Assembly: GCF_964204645.1 (NCBI RefSeq)
Contig: NC_134031.1
Span: forward strand, 8,556,001 to 8,620,000
Source: Tubulanus polymorphus
Taxonomy: Eukaryota; Animalia; Nemertea
DNA length: 64,000 bases
Direction: 5' to 3'
In this document: positions 1 to 12,541 of the stretch, one piece after another
Layout of the letters: each line of letters begins with the position of its first letter
How positions within the stretch are numbered: position 1 is the first letter of the stretch
Notes under the pieces: model-generated
Told to the model about the DNA's origin: nothing
Seen by the model: only the letters and a program-made list of their open reading frames with translations
The model's database searches: none
Position numbers and translations under genes: made by a program

Positions 1-1125
1 GGTTACACATGTATCTACCCTAGACACATCTTCAGCCCAAAAACTGGCCCTGTCAGATTCAAGATGGCCGATGGCCATTGTTGTTTGCCAAAATCTGCAC
101 TTTTTACACATTTTTGAACTTTTTGAGGGAAATTTTGAAGACAATTTGATCAATTACCTTGATCTTTCGGATATATGTGATTTCCCCCAGGGCCCATCAG
201 CAAAACAAAAATTGGGTCGATCGGACTCAAGATGGCCGTCCTATGACCTTTTTAGTGCCCAAAAATGTTAATTTTGGCCCAAATTCTGAGTCCTTTAGCT
301 TCCTACAGGTTTATCATTTCTCATTACAATTTGTGATGGGTATTCTTTGGAAAGGGATGTTTTATACCTGAGACAGGTATTTTTCATCAGCCAATTATGA
401 CGCAATTGGCGGCCATCTTGGTGTCAGCAGTACTCATTCGTAAGTGGGAAAAAGTTTTTCCACATTATATTGATACCTAAGCCTATTTTGTTACCACAAT
501 CATTTAGAAAGTTGTAGCTCATAACGTGTTCTATGATTGTGGTGAGTTTCAAGGTCATTGGTTTTTGTATATGGCCACCAGGGGGCGTTGAATAATGCAA
601 TATCTTAGTATTTCTATATTATATTCGTATCAATGCATATTTTGTAACCACAATCAATTGCAAAGTTGTAGCTCATGACATCATCTATGATTGTGGCAAG
701 TTTTAAGGCCATTAGTTATTCTATATGGTCACCAGGGGGCGTTGAATAGTAGAATAACTAAGTATTTCCTTATTATATTGGTACCTAGGCATATTTTGTT
801 ACCATGATCAATTACAAAGTTATAGTTCGTGACATGTTCTATGATTGTGGCGAGTTTCAAGGTCATTGGGTTTTGAATATGGTCACCAGGGGGCGTTGAA
901 TAGTAGAATAACTTAGTATTTCCATATTAAAGTGGTAACGAGGCATATTTTGTTATCACAATCAATTACAAAATCGTAGTTGCTGAGATGTTCTATGATT
1001 GTGGTGAGTTTCAAGGTCATTGGATTCTGTATATGGTCACCAGGGGGGTTGAATATTAAAATTGTTAGATTGTTGAGCATTTCGAACCACTTCCCAAGTG
1101 GGCATGGTGTCCCTGGACCCCTAGT
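1..1125 (+). mobile_element. Non-autonomous Helentron-like (HINE/DINE-1-like) element, family A, 5' end outside window
   Basis: Internal ~120-bp tandem units (CACCAGGGGGCGTTGAAT...) and 3' end TCCCAAGTGGGCATGGTGTCCCTGGACCCCTAGT, shared with other copies in the window. Confidence 0.65.
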
Positions 1126-2078
1126 CTTCACCAAATTAACCGTGTATTTACTAAGATAAATCATTAGTGTACCAGGGAGTCGTAGGCCTAAACTAAACGC
1201 GCCGAAGAGATAGTGCGGAGAAAAGCTGTTGTGTCGACAAGTATCAAAATCAAAAGAATATATATTACTTTATTCGGCTGCTGGCTTCAACCTCTATATC
1301 AATACCATCAATACTCTATATTTCCTACAGCACATACCGATCATTGTCAAATGCACAAGGTATTTACTAAATACAAGTATATAACACACTCCTATCCGTA
1401 TGCTGGACTCGCACTTGACATTCGGAGTAAGCGTTCGCTGTGGGGGGTAAGGAGATCGTTTGCTGTCTAGGCCTACGACCAATTTGTCCGGATCTTTTGA
1501 TCTTGAAATAGGGATTGTCCCTGTTATTTATTTGGTTGGTAAATTTTGTTTGATTTTCTGATTGAGTGTCCCTTACAGACCCACCACACCTGCCGGGAGC
1601 AAAACAGGGGGTTTGATTTTGAAATCGGAAATCGAAGTACAGAAATAGTTGTGTGATCGGCGGTCGAGTTTACATATTTTTTTGTTGTTGTTTAAATCGA
1701 AGTACATGATTGGGAAATTCGGTTCCGGTTCATTCAAACAATCTTCCAACCAGTCTGAACCGGCAAGCGGCTGATTGGGGTGAATTTTTCTGGCTGCCTA
1801 ATTTAATACATTTGTCCGGATGTTAGGCCTACGCATATACATAGGCTAGTAGCCTCGACTAGGTTAAAGCTAAGTTCACTGTAGAGGAGGAATCAGATTT
1901 ATTAAAATGCACGTTAACTAGAGATTAACTGGTTGTGACTGTGGTAATCGCAATTATCAATTTTATTGCCAAAAATGAAGATTTTTTTGAAAATTTCGTC
2001 TGAGCAGATAGCTTTATAAGCCAGACTTTTCATTTGAGTTTTTTCATCATAAATTATTCATTAGTTCCTAATGACTTA

Positions 2079-2406
2079 AGCCAGGCGTAGGTCGGCCTTG
2101 CGACGGCTTGTGACTCACTGCGACGCCATTCAATGTGACCGCCAGCGACGATTGTGTCGCGACGACTCATCGACCTACGCTCCCTTGCGACGGGTTGTGA
2201 CTGTCAGCAACGCCAGTCGCAAGGAGACGCATGTGTTCTACTTTCTGCGATGAGACACGACCGTCACAACCGACCTACGCACTCTTGCGACTGGCAGAAA
2301 CTAGTCGCACACAGTCGCTGACAATCGTATCGCAACCGACTTGCACTGTAACTTGCGATGCAACGCGAGGATCGCATTGCGTCACAAGGCCGACCTACAT
2401 CCAGCT
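2079..2406. mobile_element. MITE with ~25-bp TIRs, PIF/Harbinger-like
   Basis: AGCCAGGCGTAGGTCGGCCTTGCGACG ... CGTCACAAGGCCGACCTACATCCAGCT, flanked by TTA/TAA. Confidence 0.5.
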
Positions 2407-3288
2407 TTAAGTTACAGCGGAGCCCCAGAAATATCTTTTTTTTTTCGTTCAAAAGACCTTTCGCTTGAAAATTCTTTCGTCGAAACAAAATCTATTTTGT
2501 TCGAACCAATAATATTCTGTTCGATTGAACCAATTTGAAAAAATCGTTAGAACAAAGTTGAACAAACTTTTTTTTGTCCAAACGAAAGGTTTTTTATTTG
2601 AACAATCGTATGATCGAACAGAATCGTTTTAATTTGAACAGCATTTTCTTGTCAGAACATTAAGTTTTTCGTTCGAACGAGTATATTGTAAAAAGGTTTT
2701 CTTTGAACCAAAAGTATTAAGTATTTCGTTCAATCAAACAGAATTGTTTTCATTCAAACATTCGTTCGAAAAAAATTGTTTTCGCTCAACCAAATTTTTT
2801 ATGCCGGGTCAAAAAGTTTTTCATTTCAACAATAACATAGTTTTTAATTCGAACGGATTTTTTTGTCAGAATGGAGAAAAGTTTTGGTTCAAACAAAAAG
2901 CGTATTGTTCGATCAAAGAGAATTGCTTTCATTCGAACAAGATTTTCTTTGGTCGAACAGCGTGTAAAGGTCGTTTTTAAATTTACTCGGTCTGGTATAT
3001 TTTGGATTACTGTGTATGTCATTTGTCAGGACATTAAATAGAAGGAGACTTAGGATACTACCTTGCGTGACTCCACTAGTAAGACCAACTTATCCAAAGA
3101 TGGGCGTTCCGTTGATTTCGGCTACAAGTTTTCGTTAAGAGATAACTTCTGAGCCATTTGAGCGACCTATCATTGATACTGTTTCCTAATAGCCTGTTTA
3201 GTAATGGCTGATTTTGTGCCTTATCAAATGCTTTGTCGAAATCCACCGTTGAACAGGATTAAGTTACTGCGGAGCCCCAGAAAGATCC

Positions 3289-5634
3289 TTTTTAGCCCAC
3301 TTGGGACTTAAGTCCCAGCGGGCTATTGCGTTCACTTTTTGTCCGTCGTCCGTCCGTTCATCCGTCCGTCCGTAGACGGAATCCAGTTATTTTGGGAAGT
3401 TTTGAAAACGCTTCAAGGTAATGACGCTTTGATCAATTACCTTGATCTTTCGGATATATGTGAATTCCCCCAGGGCCCATCAGCATAACAAAAATTGGGT
3501 CAATCGGACTCAAGATGGCCGTCCTATGACCTTTTTAGTGCCCAAAAATGTCAATTTTGGCCCAAATTCTGAGTCCTGTAGCTTCCCACTGGTTTATTAT
3601 TTCTCATTGCAATTTGTGATGGGCATTCTTTGGAAAGGGATGTTTTATACCCGAGACAGGTATTTTTCATCAGCCAATTATGACGCAATTGGCGCCAATC
3701 TTGGTGTCAGCAGTACTCATTCGTAAGTGGGAAAAAGTTTTTCCACATTATATTGACAGGGCTGCCAACCCTCCCGAATTATTCGGAATCCTCCCGATTT
3801 GCGTGAAGAAATTCCGACAATACGATCGGGTATACAAAATTCCGACTTTTTTTTTCTTTTTCGGCGATGTCCGATTTTCCACCCGCCAGCGCGTTGTAAC
3901 ACAATATGATGATTTGGTAGAACAGAATTGAATAGGTGGGGAATTTATATGCACGCCCGCGGTGGATGAGTGCGTGGCTATATACTGTGTACGTGGGTCA
4001 GGCGATAAACAGCGCTTACTAGCGCGCGCGTGCGTGCGTGTGTGTGTATGAGAGTAGCTGTGTTATTGATTTTATCTACGCATGGCGTACGATTATTTCG
4101 TAGTAGGAGAGCAGCTTTTTAATTTGTTTCAAGAATAAAAATAAAGTTCATTTGTTTTAAAATACGTTGTTTTCAATCATTTTTGTGAAAATATTATGAC
4201 ATGTGGCAAAATGTGATTGTTATTGTCAAATTGCTCCGCATCGTTTCGGAGAAGAATCAGTTTACTGCGGTAATTAGCTCGTTTTCGCAGCGCGATTAGC
4301 ATTCGAAGATCCGGGTTAGATTTCAACGTGTGGACTCTTTGAAATGTTTCGGTAAGCAATTGCTTTGCTAGTTTGAACCTTAATGTTGTCACTCTTGTGT
4401 TAGTTTGATTTAAAAAGATAATTTAAGATGCTTTTGAGCAGTGCATCTCAAAGTAAACTTTTAGTTCGCATATTTGGCAGATGGCAGCACCATCGAGTAG
4501 CATGTAGATTTAGAGACTTTTTACTGTTTGTATCTTTCAGTTCTGTACGTGGAGTCTCTCTTGGACAGTATCGTGGAATTGATGCTGGAAATGGATATAT
4601 TCGCATGACAGCTGTATAGTGTTATGTAATTCGTTTGACAATTTATGCCAGTTTTATGTTCTTATTTTTTAGTCTATTGTATATTTTTGATAAACACTGT
4701 TGATTTTTATCTTTCATAAAATAATAAAGAAAAAATACATTCTGTAGAATTTGCTGATTTTTTATTTTGCTGATAATTCCATATTTTCATATCCAGCTTT
4801 CATATATTACACGTGAAAGGTATTCCTAATTGAAAGCAAAATATTCCTACTTGGAAAAGTCACAATTTCTTCGGTTTCGATATATTCCTATTGAAACCTT
4901 CAATATTCCTAATTAATCTGCCATTCATCCCTAAATGGAATTTTGAAAGGTTGGCAGCCCTGTATTGATACCTAAGCGTATTTTGTTACCACAATCATTT
5001 AGAAAGTTGTAGCTCATAACGTGTTCTATGATTGTGGTGAGTTTCGAGGTCATTGGTTTTTGTATATGGCCACCAGGGGGCGTTGAATAATGCAATATCT
5101 TAGTATTTCTATATTATATTCGTATCAATGCGTATTTTGTAACCACAATCAATTGCAAAGTTGTAGCTCATGACATCATCTATGATTGTGGCAAGTTTTA
5201 AGGCCATTAGTTATTCTATATGGTCCCCAGGGGGCGTTGAATAGTAGAATAACTTAGTATTTCCTTATTATATTGGTACCTAGGCATATTTTGTTACCAT
5301 GATCAATTACAAAGTTATAGTTTGTGACATGTTCTATGATTGTGGTGAGTTTCAAGGTCATTGGGTTTTGAATATGGTCACCAGGGGGTGTTGAATAGTA
5401 GAATAACTTAGTAGAATAACTTAGTATTTCCATATTAAAGTGGTAACGAGGCATATTTTGTTATCACAATCAATTACAAATTCGTAGTTGCTGACATGTT
5501 CTATGATTTTGGTGAGTTTCAAGGTCTTTGGATTCTGTATATGGTCACCAGGGGGCATTGAATATTGAAATTGTTAGATTGTTGAGCATTTGGAACCACT
5601 TCCCAAGTGGGCATGGTGTCCCTGGACCCCTAGT
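3289..5634 (+). mobile_element. HINE family A copy interrupted by a TIR element
   Basis: 5' TTTAGCCCACTTGGGACTTAAGTCCCAGCGGGCTA hairpin/subTIR, (GTCC)n microsatellite, ~120-bp repeats, 3' subTIR TCCCAAGTGGGC; begins and ends in T runs. Confidence 0.7.
3757..4962. mobile_element. Non-autonomous TIR transposon (hAT-like ends) with 6-bp TSD
   Basis: 14-bp TIR CAGGGCTGCCAACC; TATTGA duplicated at 3751-3756 and 4963-4968; the empty site is visible in the HINE copy near 465-480. Confidence 0.8.
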
Positions 5635-8600
5635 TTTTGTCCTCGCAAAAAAATTTGGTTGAACGAAAACAATTTTTTTCGAACGAATGTTTGAATGAAA
5701 ACAATTCTGTTCGATTTAACGAACTACTTTATACTTTTGGTCAGCTTTTCATTCAAAAGACCTTTCTCTCGAAAATTCTTTCATCAGGAATTTTCTTCGT
5801 TCGAACCAATAATATTCCGTTCGATAAAAAAAATCGTTAGAACAAAGTTGAACAAATTCGAACACATTTTTTTATCAGTATGAAAAAGAGTTTTCAAATA
5901 AAAAGTGTATTGTTCGATCAAATTGAATTGTTTTCATTTGAACAAGATTTTCTTGTCAGAACATTAAGTTTTTTGGTCGAACAGCATATTAAGGTCGTTT
6001 TGGAAATTTATTCGGTCCGGTACATTTTGGAATACTGTGTATGTCATTTGTCAGGACATTAAAGAGAAGACGACTTAGGATACTACCTTGCGTGACTCCA
6101 TTAGTTAGACCGACTTATTCCAAGATGAGGCTTTCGTTGATTTCGGCAACATTTTTTCGTTCAGAGGTAACTGCTGAGCCATTTAAGCGACCTATCATCG
6201 ATACTTTTTCCTAATAGCCTGATGTTGTACCTTATCAAATGCTTTGTTGAAATCCATAAAGAGTAATTATGGCCTAACAGTCGATTTTCCAGAGTCAAAT
6301 AGGACCATCTGGTCCAGTTTTCCATGGTTTCAAGTAGGTGTAATTGACTGTTTGTCAATCTACCTCTTATAAAACTGTGTTAACCATTGAACAGGATTCT
6401 AAGATTGCAGAAAACCCATTATCGCTGCTTTGCAGCTATATTTAGTATCTTATATTTCAGAAGGCTTTAAAACATTGAACCTATCCAGTAACATTAGTTA
6501 TTTCAAATAATAAAGGTCTGTTTGGCCATATTGAATCAACTAAATACATCAAAGATGTAGTTAATTAGATCCAAGATGGCCGCCTTGATACTTACCTAAT
6601 GGTTACCATGGTAATCGTATCACCCTGATGCACGATATCTTCCGTATATTATCTCAAAATTGATATTCCATGTCTTAAGTATAATTTATCTTGAGAAATA
6701 AACTACAGTATTGCAGTGGGTATTAATTAGATAATTAGTATGCAAATTAGCCTAATTTACATATTTGTGCAATAACTTACATGAATCTAAACAAACTTTG
6801 TATAGCCAACATACTGACCAAGTTTGGTTTTAAACGGACAAAAATTCTGGGAGTTATATTTGTTTTAATGTTGAATTGAATTCCTTTATCTGGCTAAAAA
6901 TCAGCAAAACCTAGTCACTTCCTGTCTGATACTTTCATTGGAAATGAACTAAAGTGTATTGCGCAATCGAATGACAAAGATACCCCAAATTTCCACCCTT
7001 TGATTGCTTATAACTTTTGAACCGCTTGATCAATTTTGATTCTGTAAAGTGCTGTATGCTTATTCTATCCATTTTAAGCTTTTAGAACAACACATAGGAC
7101 ACATAGAAATTTTCATCCTGAAATCCCTGCTACTACCTCTGACTCTAGTCTAGTACCAAGCCGTCGTTCCACAAACAACGTCTAGGGCAAAAGTGCTCAT
7201 ATTACAGGGTTCGTAGCGGGCCTTGAAATCCTTGAATTTAGCACTTTGGTCTTGAAAATTGATTTTAGGGCCTTGAATTTGGAAATGTTGCAAATCTGTA
7301 GATTTATGACTGTTTTGTCGCAATGATGGAAATTTTGATAACAGCACTGCATGGTATATAAATCGTATTGATTTCTTCTTTTATTCTTGGAGACCTACCG
7401 GTATGTTGTACAGTAGGTGTTTATTTGAGTCATTGGGGAAAACCCACTGCTATGTATATTCATGATGAATCATCATTCAGTTGTATCTTATTACTGCATG
7501 TATAGCGCTTTTCATGGAGATGGTGTCAATTGACTTGGACCATGGATCTCCTCTGAAATCCCACCAAAAACATCTGTTTGGTGTTTACATCAGATTTGAT
7601 TTTTAAAGAAGATGATTTTCTTGATATTTCCATCTTAATTATTTGCAAGTTTTCTCCCATCATTTGAATTCAACCCAATACAGTTTTCACACTTATTTTT
7701 TTCCGTTATATTTCCAAGAAAATCTGTACTTCAACCAATTAAAAAGTCATTAGTGTATGCATTCAGTCACTGGCTCAAAATTTTCAAATTTCTTGAAGTT
7801 GCTGTAATTGGCCGTGTCAGTGATTATCAGTGAATTTGGGTCAGCAGTGGCACAATGAACCCTGTTAAGGCTGTTTTGATTGTTTTTGAATGGATGATGC
7901 AAGGAAATATTGCCGTAGTTTTTCATGGGGGTAAAAAGCCTTGAATGTGCATCTCTAATGGCCTTGAAATGCCTTGAATTTTGGTTGGTCTTGAGGCTAC
8001 AATTAATTTTCATCCCTCGTTTTGAGGGACGAGGCTTTGAGCGTCTATTTCACCCCTTAAAACATCATCAACTTACCTCAAACTGACTGTTCTGTAATCA
8101 GATGGAAGTTAATCTATCTTCAATTAGAGACCGGTTGTGCCCATCCTCCATTTTACATTTTCGATGCATGTCAAATATAGTCAAACATGTAAAGAAGCAA
8201 GTTACTTCCTGGTTAAGATGGCGTCTCTTCGAATCTGCTTAATCTTTGAGCGATATCAAATTGCCCTGGGTATGAATTATTACAATAGCATCTGATTATC
8301 AATGTAATCAACAAACAAAAGGAAACTTTACAATGGACGGAAATACATTCATTGCTGTAAGTATCGGATAAAACCGCTGATAACTTACCTGGTACCTTTG
8401 CTAGAAATCGATTATAAAATTCATCACGGCAAACTCTTTTTCACTGAATTCAATATTTATTGTTCACTTCTGGTAGAAAATCTTGTTCAGCCCCTGACAA
8501 GAGAATAAGCAATGACACTACTTATTTACCAGCTCATTAAACTTCATCAGTTTATCAGAATCGGAGTTTCACCGCCTGTTATTTGGAACCTCATTTCATG

Positions 8601-10681
8601 ACAGCTACTGCTGATTCTTTATTCTCTTTGATTACTGCATGATGTTATCTTTCTGAAATTAAAATACATACCACTTACAATTAAACCTGGATTGACTTTT
8701 CAATTGATGGTTCAGAATCAATTTTTCAAACATACCTTGATACATTGCAATCTATTCTTTACACGTTGAGCTAATTTGATACGCGTTATTTCAATTTCTT
8801 AAAACATCCTACGAGTTGCGACTTAGAAAATCATCACTAAAACGCTCACAATAATCTACATTAGATAATCAATACGTATAGTGTTTGTGAAATAGCACTC
8901 ATATTCAATCCAATGTTCATTATTTACAATTGTTTTGAACGAAGTAAGTAAGCAAGTGAACTTACCTGGATGTCATTATTTTCACTGGATCAACTGCTGA
9001 TGTCCAATGTCACAATCAGAACAATCAATCAACCGCCTTAGTGAACAAACAAGTAGCCTCTGCTGCATGGTTCAGTTTGTCAGTAGTAGTATTGGTAGTA
9101 TTGAGTATGCATTGTTTCCAGTCCAAATTGGCAAATCGCTGATGGTAGGCCGGTAGGTTTTGACGGCACTGTAATGCAGACATCCTGAATTGATTACCGA
9201 TATTTTCGGTACCACACGCTAAACAAGTGCGTGTAGAAGTGTTACGTGGCAGTTTTAATGGAATTTCTTTCTTCATTGATGTAAAAAACGACTTTAAAGA
9301 GGTCCATTGAACATAAATCAAGACACTCTGTAAGCGGCCATGTTACATTGTTCACGTGATGAAATACTGAAATCTGATTGGATCCGTATATTCCGCGGAA
9401 GATGGCGGACGGGCAAAACCTGTCCCATATTGAATGGGACAGGCAACCACTCTACTTTTTGTGTTGCATGACGGAAGTGTAAATTACAGATTCAGACTTG
9501 AACTTTGACTGGCATTGATGCCAATTTAAATTCTTATGGTAAAATTGACCAAAATTTATACGTTTTACCGACAAGAAATAATATTTAGAGTAATTTTAGA
9601 GAGACATATTGAGACGTTTCAAGGTAATGTCTAGATATTTGGTTTATACATGTATCTACCCTAGACACATCTTCTGCCCAAAAACTGGCCCTGTCAGATT
9701 CAAGATGGCCGACTGGCAGCCATTGTTGTTCGCCAAAATCATCACTTTTTACACATTTTTGGCGAACCGTAGGTTTGCCTATGCAAACAGTCTGATGAAG
9801 CAGTTTTCATTGAAAATGAATAGAGTACCGGTGTGTCGAACAAGGCACAAACATTGGCTGTTGAACCAATTGTGTTGATTTTTGGTTTCATGGTTTGGCT
9901 TAATGAGTTCTCGCGCCCACAAAAATTTCATAGTGATCGAGTTATTTTTAGGGGACTTTTATTTCTAGAAAAAAATTCCGTATATGTTTGTATATTTTTG
10001 ACATTTTGTGGATGGAGGTATTCTGACTTGTGAAATAACGGCCAATCTAATACTGCGTCGCTAGTACATTTGTATATACGCGCGTCAGCAGTCAGCCGCG
10101 TGTGTGCGAATATAGGTTACAGTATATGGCTGTGGGTGTTAGTAATCACCTGAGCGAGTCTATATATAGCAAAGTGACTCGGCAATATACACAGAACTCT
10201 AACACATCCGCAGGCGCATATATTGTCAGCCTCACATCTTCAATCCAAATTAATTTATATTTAGTATAATATTTTTGACAATATATGCACTAAATGATTT
10301 AATGGTGAGCCACAGGGCCATTGGACCTTTATTGAAGTTTTCGAGGGAAATTTTGAAGACGCTTTTTTCAATTACATTGATCGTTCGTATTTATTTGTAT
10401 CCCCCAATGGCCAATCAGCATTAGAAAAATTGGGTTGATCGGATGGCCATCCTATAACCTTTTTTGTGCCCAAAAATGTCAATTTTGGCCTGTATTCCGA
10501 GTCGTGTAGCTTCCTACTGGTTTGCCATTTCTCATTGCAATTTGTGATGGGTATTCTTTGGAAAGGTATCTTTTATACCTGGGACAGGTATTGTTTATCA
10601 CCCAATTATGACGCAATTTGCGGCCATTTCGATGTCATCAGTACTCATTTGGATTTCTGATGATTTTCTTTGTAGGTTAAG

Positions 10682-12541
10682 ATGGAACGATTGCGTGGCT
10701 CTCATGAAAGTGACAGAGAGTGGAGGTTACGCGAAGCATTTCTCAATGCTCACCAGGACAGATTTAGCAAGGATCGCTTGATCTGTTTATCTCATTGTTT
10801 CATTAATGTGGAAATGTATGGCACATCGTACCCCCCGGGAGTGATGCGTATTCTGAGCGAACTTTCCGCTGATGTCAGTGATGATGTGGATGAACTTCGT
10901 CGACAGAAAAAGCAACGTGCAGAGGTTAAATTCGTAAAGGCATCGGATACAGGTAATAAATCAAACGTACTATTGACCAAGTGTAAATCTGAACCGACTA
11001 AAAAACCTATGGTTGGTTTTGTAAAAGCATCCAGCGAGCAGTGCTCAAGTGCGGGTAGTGATGCTCTATCAAGTGGCCGGTCTGGTGCCGATTATTGGGT
11101 AAAAAATGATTCTGTGGAAAGCGTTGTTAGCCTCCACGATGAAAATGACAAATCACCTGTATCCGCTGAAAAATCATCTGAACCAGAAATAAGAACTGGT
11201 AATAGCCGTCGAGGTTTGGGAGCAACTCTCAGGTCGACCAAATCTAAGGAAAAGAAGTCTTCAGTTGTAAACAAGGTCCAATTAGATGAAAGATTTACGC
11301 AAGCTAAATTAAATATAAAATCTGAAGAGGACAGAAAATTTTATTTGCTTGCAGAAGCAATTGCTGAGATAGAAACTGAAGGCATTAATTGCATATCTCT
11401 CATGCATGAATCTTGTGCGAAAACCAAAATGTCTGCCAGTATTGACTTTTCAATGAACAGTCATCAGTACATTTGTCACTTACATATAGATAGTGTAGCT
11501 GTAGCACATGGAATGGGTAACAATAAAAGAACTGCGAAATACGAAGCATATTCTAATGCTATTCAGTCTCTAAAAAAGCCACACTTACATGTCGATCGTG
11601 TCAACCCTGAAAAAACTGAATTGAAAGCCACTGACGAACCTGGAGAAAATGATAGTACTGATGGTGGTATGATGAAGCTTGGTCAACAACAAGTGGCAGC
11701 ACGCGGTATGAAACGTTTACATCCAGATTCTCAAAGGAAGCAAAAACATATCGGTCACAGTAAACCTGGTGGATCACTGGCTGATTTCATCATTTTAGAA
11801 CACGGTTATGTGACCGAACCTAATCCTATCAGTATCATGCATAGCAGTTCCACATTCAATAAGACTAAAATGGAATTTGACTTTAGTGATGGGCGTAGTC
11901 GATTATCGTTGAATGGAGATCTCATTGCTGAAGTGACTCCTACTCAAGAAATGACACCGGGCGTGAAAAAAACCAAGTTATGCGAAATAGCACTTGGAAA
12001 GCTTCGAAAAATGTGTTGGACTATCGAAGTGAAAAAAGCTCACACGAGTGAAACGGGTGTGTCTCGCGATGAAATTCTTGGTGAAATCAACAAACAATCA
12101 GAAACCCTCAACGATTCAAATATCGGCAGTAAGATGTTGAAAAAGATGGGCTGGTCCGGTGGAGGCATTGGAAAAGATGGAAATGGCATTAGTGAGCCGA
12201 TAAAAGCTGACCTAACCGTCATTAAGAGACAAGGCTTTGGTCTGCAAAAAGAGCAAGGCATTAGCAAAGACTTTGTTGAAAATATCCGAATAACGTTGCG
12301 GAACTATATGCGATCTCGCGATGAAACTGACCTTTCATTTACATCCGAATTTAGTAAAGAAGAACGTGCGCTCATACATCAAGAGGGCTCAAAATTGGGA
12401 CTTAAAACCCAAAGCAGAGGCACTGCAGATGAACGATATCTGATTGTTAGTCGGAAACGTGATCTATCTCAGTTAATTTCACATATTCAGAGAAGTGGTG
12501 GATCTACTAGTAAATATGAACTTTTGCCTCCGTTATGGTGA
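10682..12541 (+). CDS. NKRF: NF-kappa-B-repressing factor / CARF-like protein (XRN2-binding XTBD, dsRBD-like, G-patch, R3H), single coding exon
   Basis: 619-aa ORF with N-terminal ESDREWRLREAFL...DRLICLSHCFINV (XTBD), GMGNNKRTAKYEAYSNA (dsRBD), NIGSKMLKKMGWSGGGIGKDGNGISEPI (G-patch) and FSKEERALIHQEGSKLGLKTQSRG (R3H); splice acceptor TTTTCTTTGTAG ends at 10675. Confidence 0.88.
   Translation: MERLRGSHESDREWRLREAFLNAHQDRFSKDRLICLSHCFINVEMYGTSYPPGVMRILSELSADVSDDVDELRRQKKQRAEVKFVKASDTGNKSNVLLTKCKSEPTKKPMVGFVKASSEQCSSAGSDALSSGRSGADYWVKNDSVESVVSLHDENDKSPVSAEKSSEPEIRTGNSRRGLGATLRSTKSKEKKSSVVNKVQLDERFTQAKLNIKSEEDRKFYLLAEAIAEIETEGINCISLMHESCAKTKMSASIDFSMNSHQYICHLHIDSVAVAHGMGNNKRTAKYEAYSNAIQSLKKPHLHVDRVNPEKTELKATDEPGENDSTDGGMMKLGQQQVAARGMKRLHPDSQRKQKHIGHSKPGGSLADFIILEHGYVTEPNPISIMHSSSTFNKTKMEFDFSDGRSRLSLNGDLIAEVTPTQEMTPGVKKTKLCEIALGKLRKMCWTIEVKKAHTSETGVSRDEILGEINKQSETLNDSNIGSKMLKKMGWSGGGIGKDGNGISEPIKADLTVIKRQGFGLQKEQGISKDFVENIRITLRNYMRSRDETDLSFTSEFSKEERALIHQEGSKLGLKTQSRGTADERYLIVSRKRDLSQLISHIQRSGGSTSKYELLPPLW

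Noticed and set aside
71-371. Recurrent short ORFs (also 3442, 10466, 40515, 46378) resembling a gene family
   Set aside because: They are translations of the non-coding HINE family A core
7205-8017. hAT-like MITE starting CAGGGTTCGTA with CCTTGAA subrepeats
   Set aside because: The right TIR and TSD could not be identified, so boundaries are unsupported
9025-9321. 98-aa minus-strand ORF
   Set aside because: No recognisable domain and a non-ATG start
10792-12267. Antisense ORFs within NKRF, and similar short antisense ORFs in Polinton genes
   Set aside because: Shadow ORFs with no recognisable motifs
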